A DNA stretch of 47,148 bases from assembly GCA_009845545.1 (NCBI GenBank), contig VXZK01000303.1, positions 1-47,148 on the forward strand, given 5' to 3'. The stretch comes from Candidatus Poribacteria bacterium (GTDB lineage Bacteria; Poribacteria; WGA-4E; WGA-3G). The stretch's first letter is position 1. The number at the start of each line of letters is the position of its first letter. Below are positions 46,119 to 47,148 of the stretch, one piece after another. The position numbers were made by a program, and so were the translations under genes. The notes below the pieces were generated by a model, which searched no databases, was not told where the DNA came from, and was given only the letters and a program-made list of their open reading frames with translations.

Positions 46119-47129
46119 TTAATTTGATGTTTCCAAAGTTTGGAAGAAGTTAACTAAGTCTGTTCCGTGTGTACTGGCGTTGACCGCTTTATCAATTTCT
46201 ACAATCTTCCCTGTTTTATCAATGATGATAGCGGACCGTTGGATTGCGCCATCGGAGGCATCTGTTGCACCGTACAAAAGCGCGAGATTGCGTCCAGCGT
46301 CTACCAAAAGTGGGAAGTTCAACTGGTTTTCTTCAGAAAATTTCTGACGCGAATCTGCGTCATTGTGGGTGATCCCGAAAATCTGGGCATCGTATTTTGC
46401 CAAACGACTCGACTCATCACGGAGCGAGCAAACTTGCGCCGTTCAGCCACGCCCGAAGTCGCGCGGGTAAAACGATAGGACGACGTTCTTTTTCTCGATT
46501 AACTCGCTGAGCTGATAACTTTCGCCTGTACTATCCGTTGCGATGAAATCTGGAGCAGGTTGTCCAACCTCTACCTTCGGTAACACTTCCTTAAGCAGAG
46601 CGACAACATCTTCACCGTGCGTTTTGACATTGACTTCTGTGTCGATCGCGCGGATGTATCCTGCTTTATCAATAATGAAGGTCGTCCGTTTTGAAGCATT
46701 AAAACGCTCAATGATCCCACTGTACTGTTTGCTTACCTCAAATTCGGTATCCGCTAACAGCGAAAACCCAAATTTTTGTTCTGATCTAAACCGTTTATGT
46801 GAATCGACATCGTCAACACTGACACCGAAAAGAACACTTCCGGTGGCTTCTATCTCGCTCAAATTATCCCGGAGCGAGCAAAGTTCAGCTGTTCAGCCAC
46901 CGGTAAAATCTTTTGGATAAAATGCGAGGACGACACTCTTCTGCCCGATATAGTCACTGAGACTCCGCTCAACGCCTTCTTCATCTTTCAATGTAAAGTC
47001 GGGGGCAATCATTCCGACTTTGAGTGTATCTGGAGTTGTCACTGCCTTCTCCCCTGAAGCTACTGCAATCAAAATGGCTGTCGTGAGGATAACAGCCAAG
47101 ATGCTTACATTAAACTTTGTTTGAAACAT
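46119..47129 (-). CDS. Secreted tandem two-domain Bcp-type peroxiredoxin, candidate selenoprotein with two in-frame UGA codons
   Basis: ORF-track fragments 46893-47129, 46443-46862 and 46119-46403 share one frame, separated only by TGA at 46893-46895 and 46443-46445. Read-through gives [19 protein letters not shown] and [19 protein letters not shown], compared with E. coli Bcp [19 protein letters not shown] (recalled). N-terminal signal peptide; GGAGG RBS. Confidence 0.75.
46408..46428 (-). promoter_or_regulatory. Candidate bacterial SECIS hairpin (second UGA)
   Basis: On the mRNA: UGA, 14 nt, then CUCGCUC-CGUGAU-GAG-U-CGAG (7 bp with one bulged U, 6-nt loop containing GU). Confidence 0.45.
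46854..46878 (-). promoter_or_regulatory. Candidate bacterial SECIS hairpin (first UGA)
   Basis: On the mRNA: UGA, 14 nt, then CUCGCUC-CGGGAUAAUUU-GAGCGAG (7-bp perfect stem). Confidence 0.45.
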
Positions 47130-47148
47130 CGAACTATGCCTCCATAAG

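Noticed and set aside
1-47148. Scan for tRNA, rRNA, tmRNA, CRISPR arrays, and prophage or integrase genes.
   Set aside because: I found no T-loop-like GGTTCGAATCC-type motifs outside coding regions. I found no regularly spaced direct repeats beyond those listed, and no integrase, recombinase or phage structural genes. This visual scan cannot exclude small ncRNAs.

Overview
47.1-kb bacterial chromosomal window, roughly 45-50% GC by eye, with about 45 protein-coding genes and no rRNA, tRNA or CRISPR that I can see. There are three parts. (1) An accessory region (1-36 kb) is rich in secreted and periplasmic functions: an ECF sigma factor, a TolB-like beta-propeller, LamG/DUF1080 jelly-roll proteins, two PhyH-family dioxygenases, three Cys-type sulfatases, a cohesin+dockerin metalloprotease-like protein, BatA-like and DUF4175-like proteins, transketolase and PPK2. 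(2) A small lower-GC island carries a NotI-like type II restriction-modification pair. (3) A conserved housekeeping block on the minus strand reads yebC-ruvC-ruvA-ruvB-queA-yajC. The gene content (sulfatases, PhyH, cohesin/dockerin, TPR, LamG) resembles Poribacteria or a PVC-like marine or sponge-associated lineage, but this is only an inference. Main observations beyond the ORF track: (a) Three in-frame TGA codons sit exactly at catalytic Cys positions of redox proteins, indicating selenocysteine. One is in a ResA/TlpA-like protein with an unusual W-U-G-C centre; two are in a single secreted tandem double-Bcp peroxiredoxin. Each TGA is followed by a hairpin. (b) Four unrelated signal-peptide proteins share a ~19-aa C-terminal tag (V-[DE]-P-x2-3-K-[LM]-[TA]-[TI]-x-W-[GA]-x-[LIV]-K), a candidate undescribed sorting or anchoring signal. 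(c) A MITE-like element has 15-bp terminal inverted repeats and a perfect 9-bp target-site duplication, and its core belongs to a wider family of GTAG-headed REP-like hairpins that show compensatory stem changes. (d) An IS982-family element is inserted 20 bp upstream of a compositionally chimeric cohesin/dockerin protease gene. All calls come from reading the sequence and recalling family motifs; no searches or computations were run.
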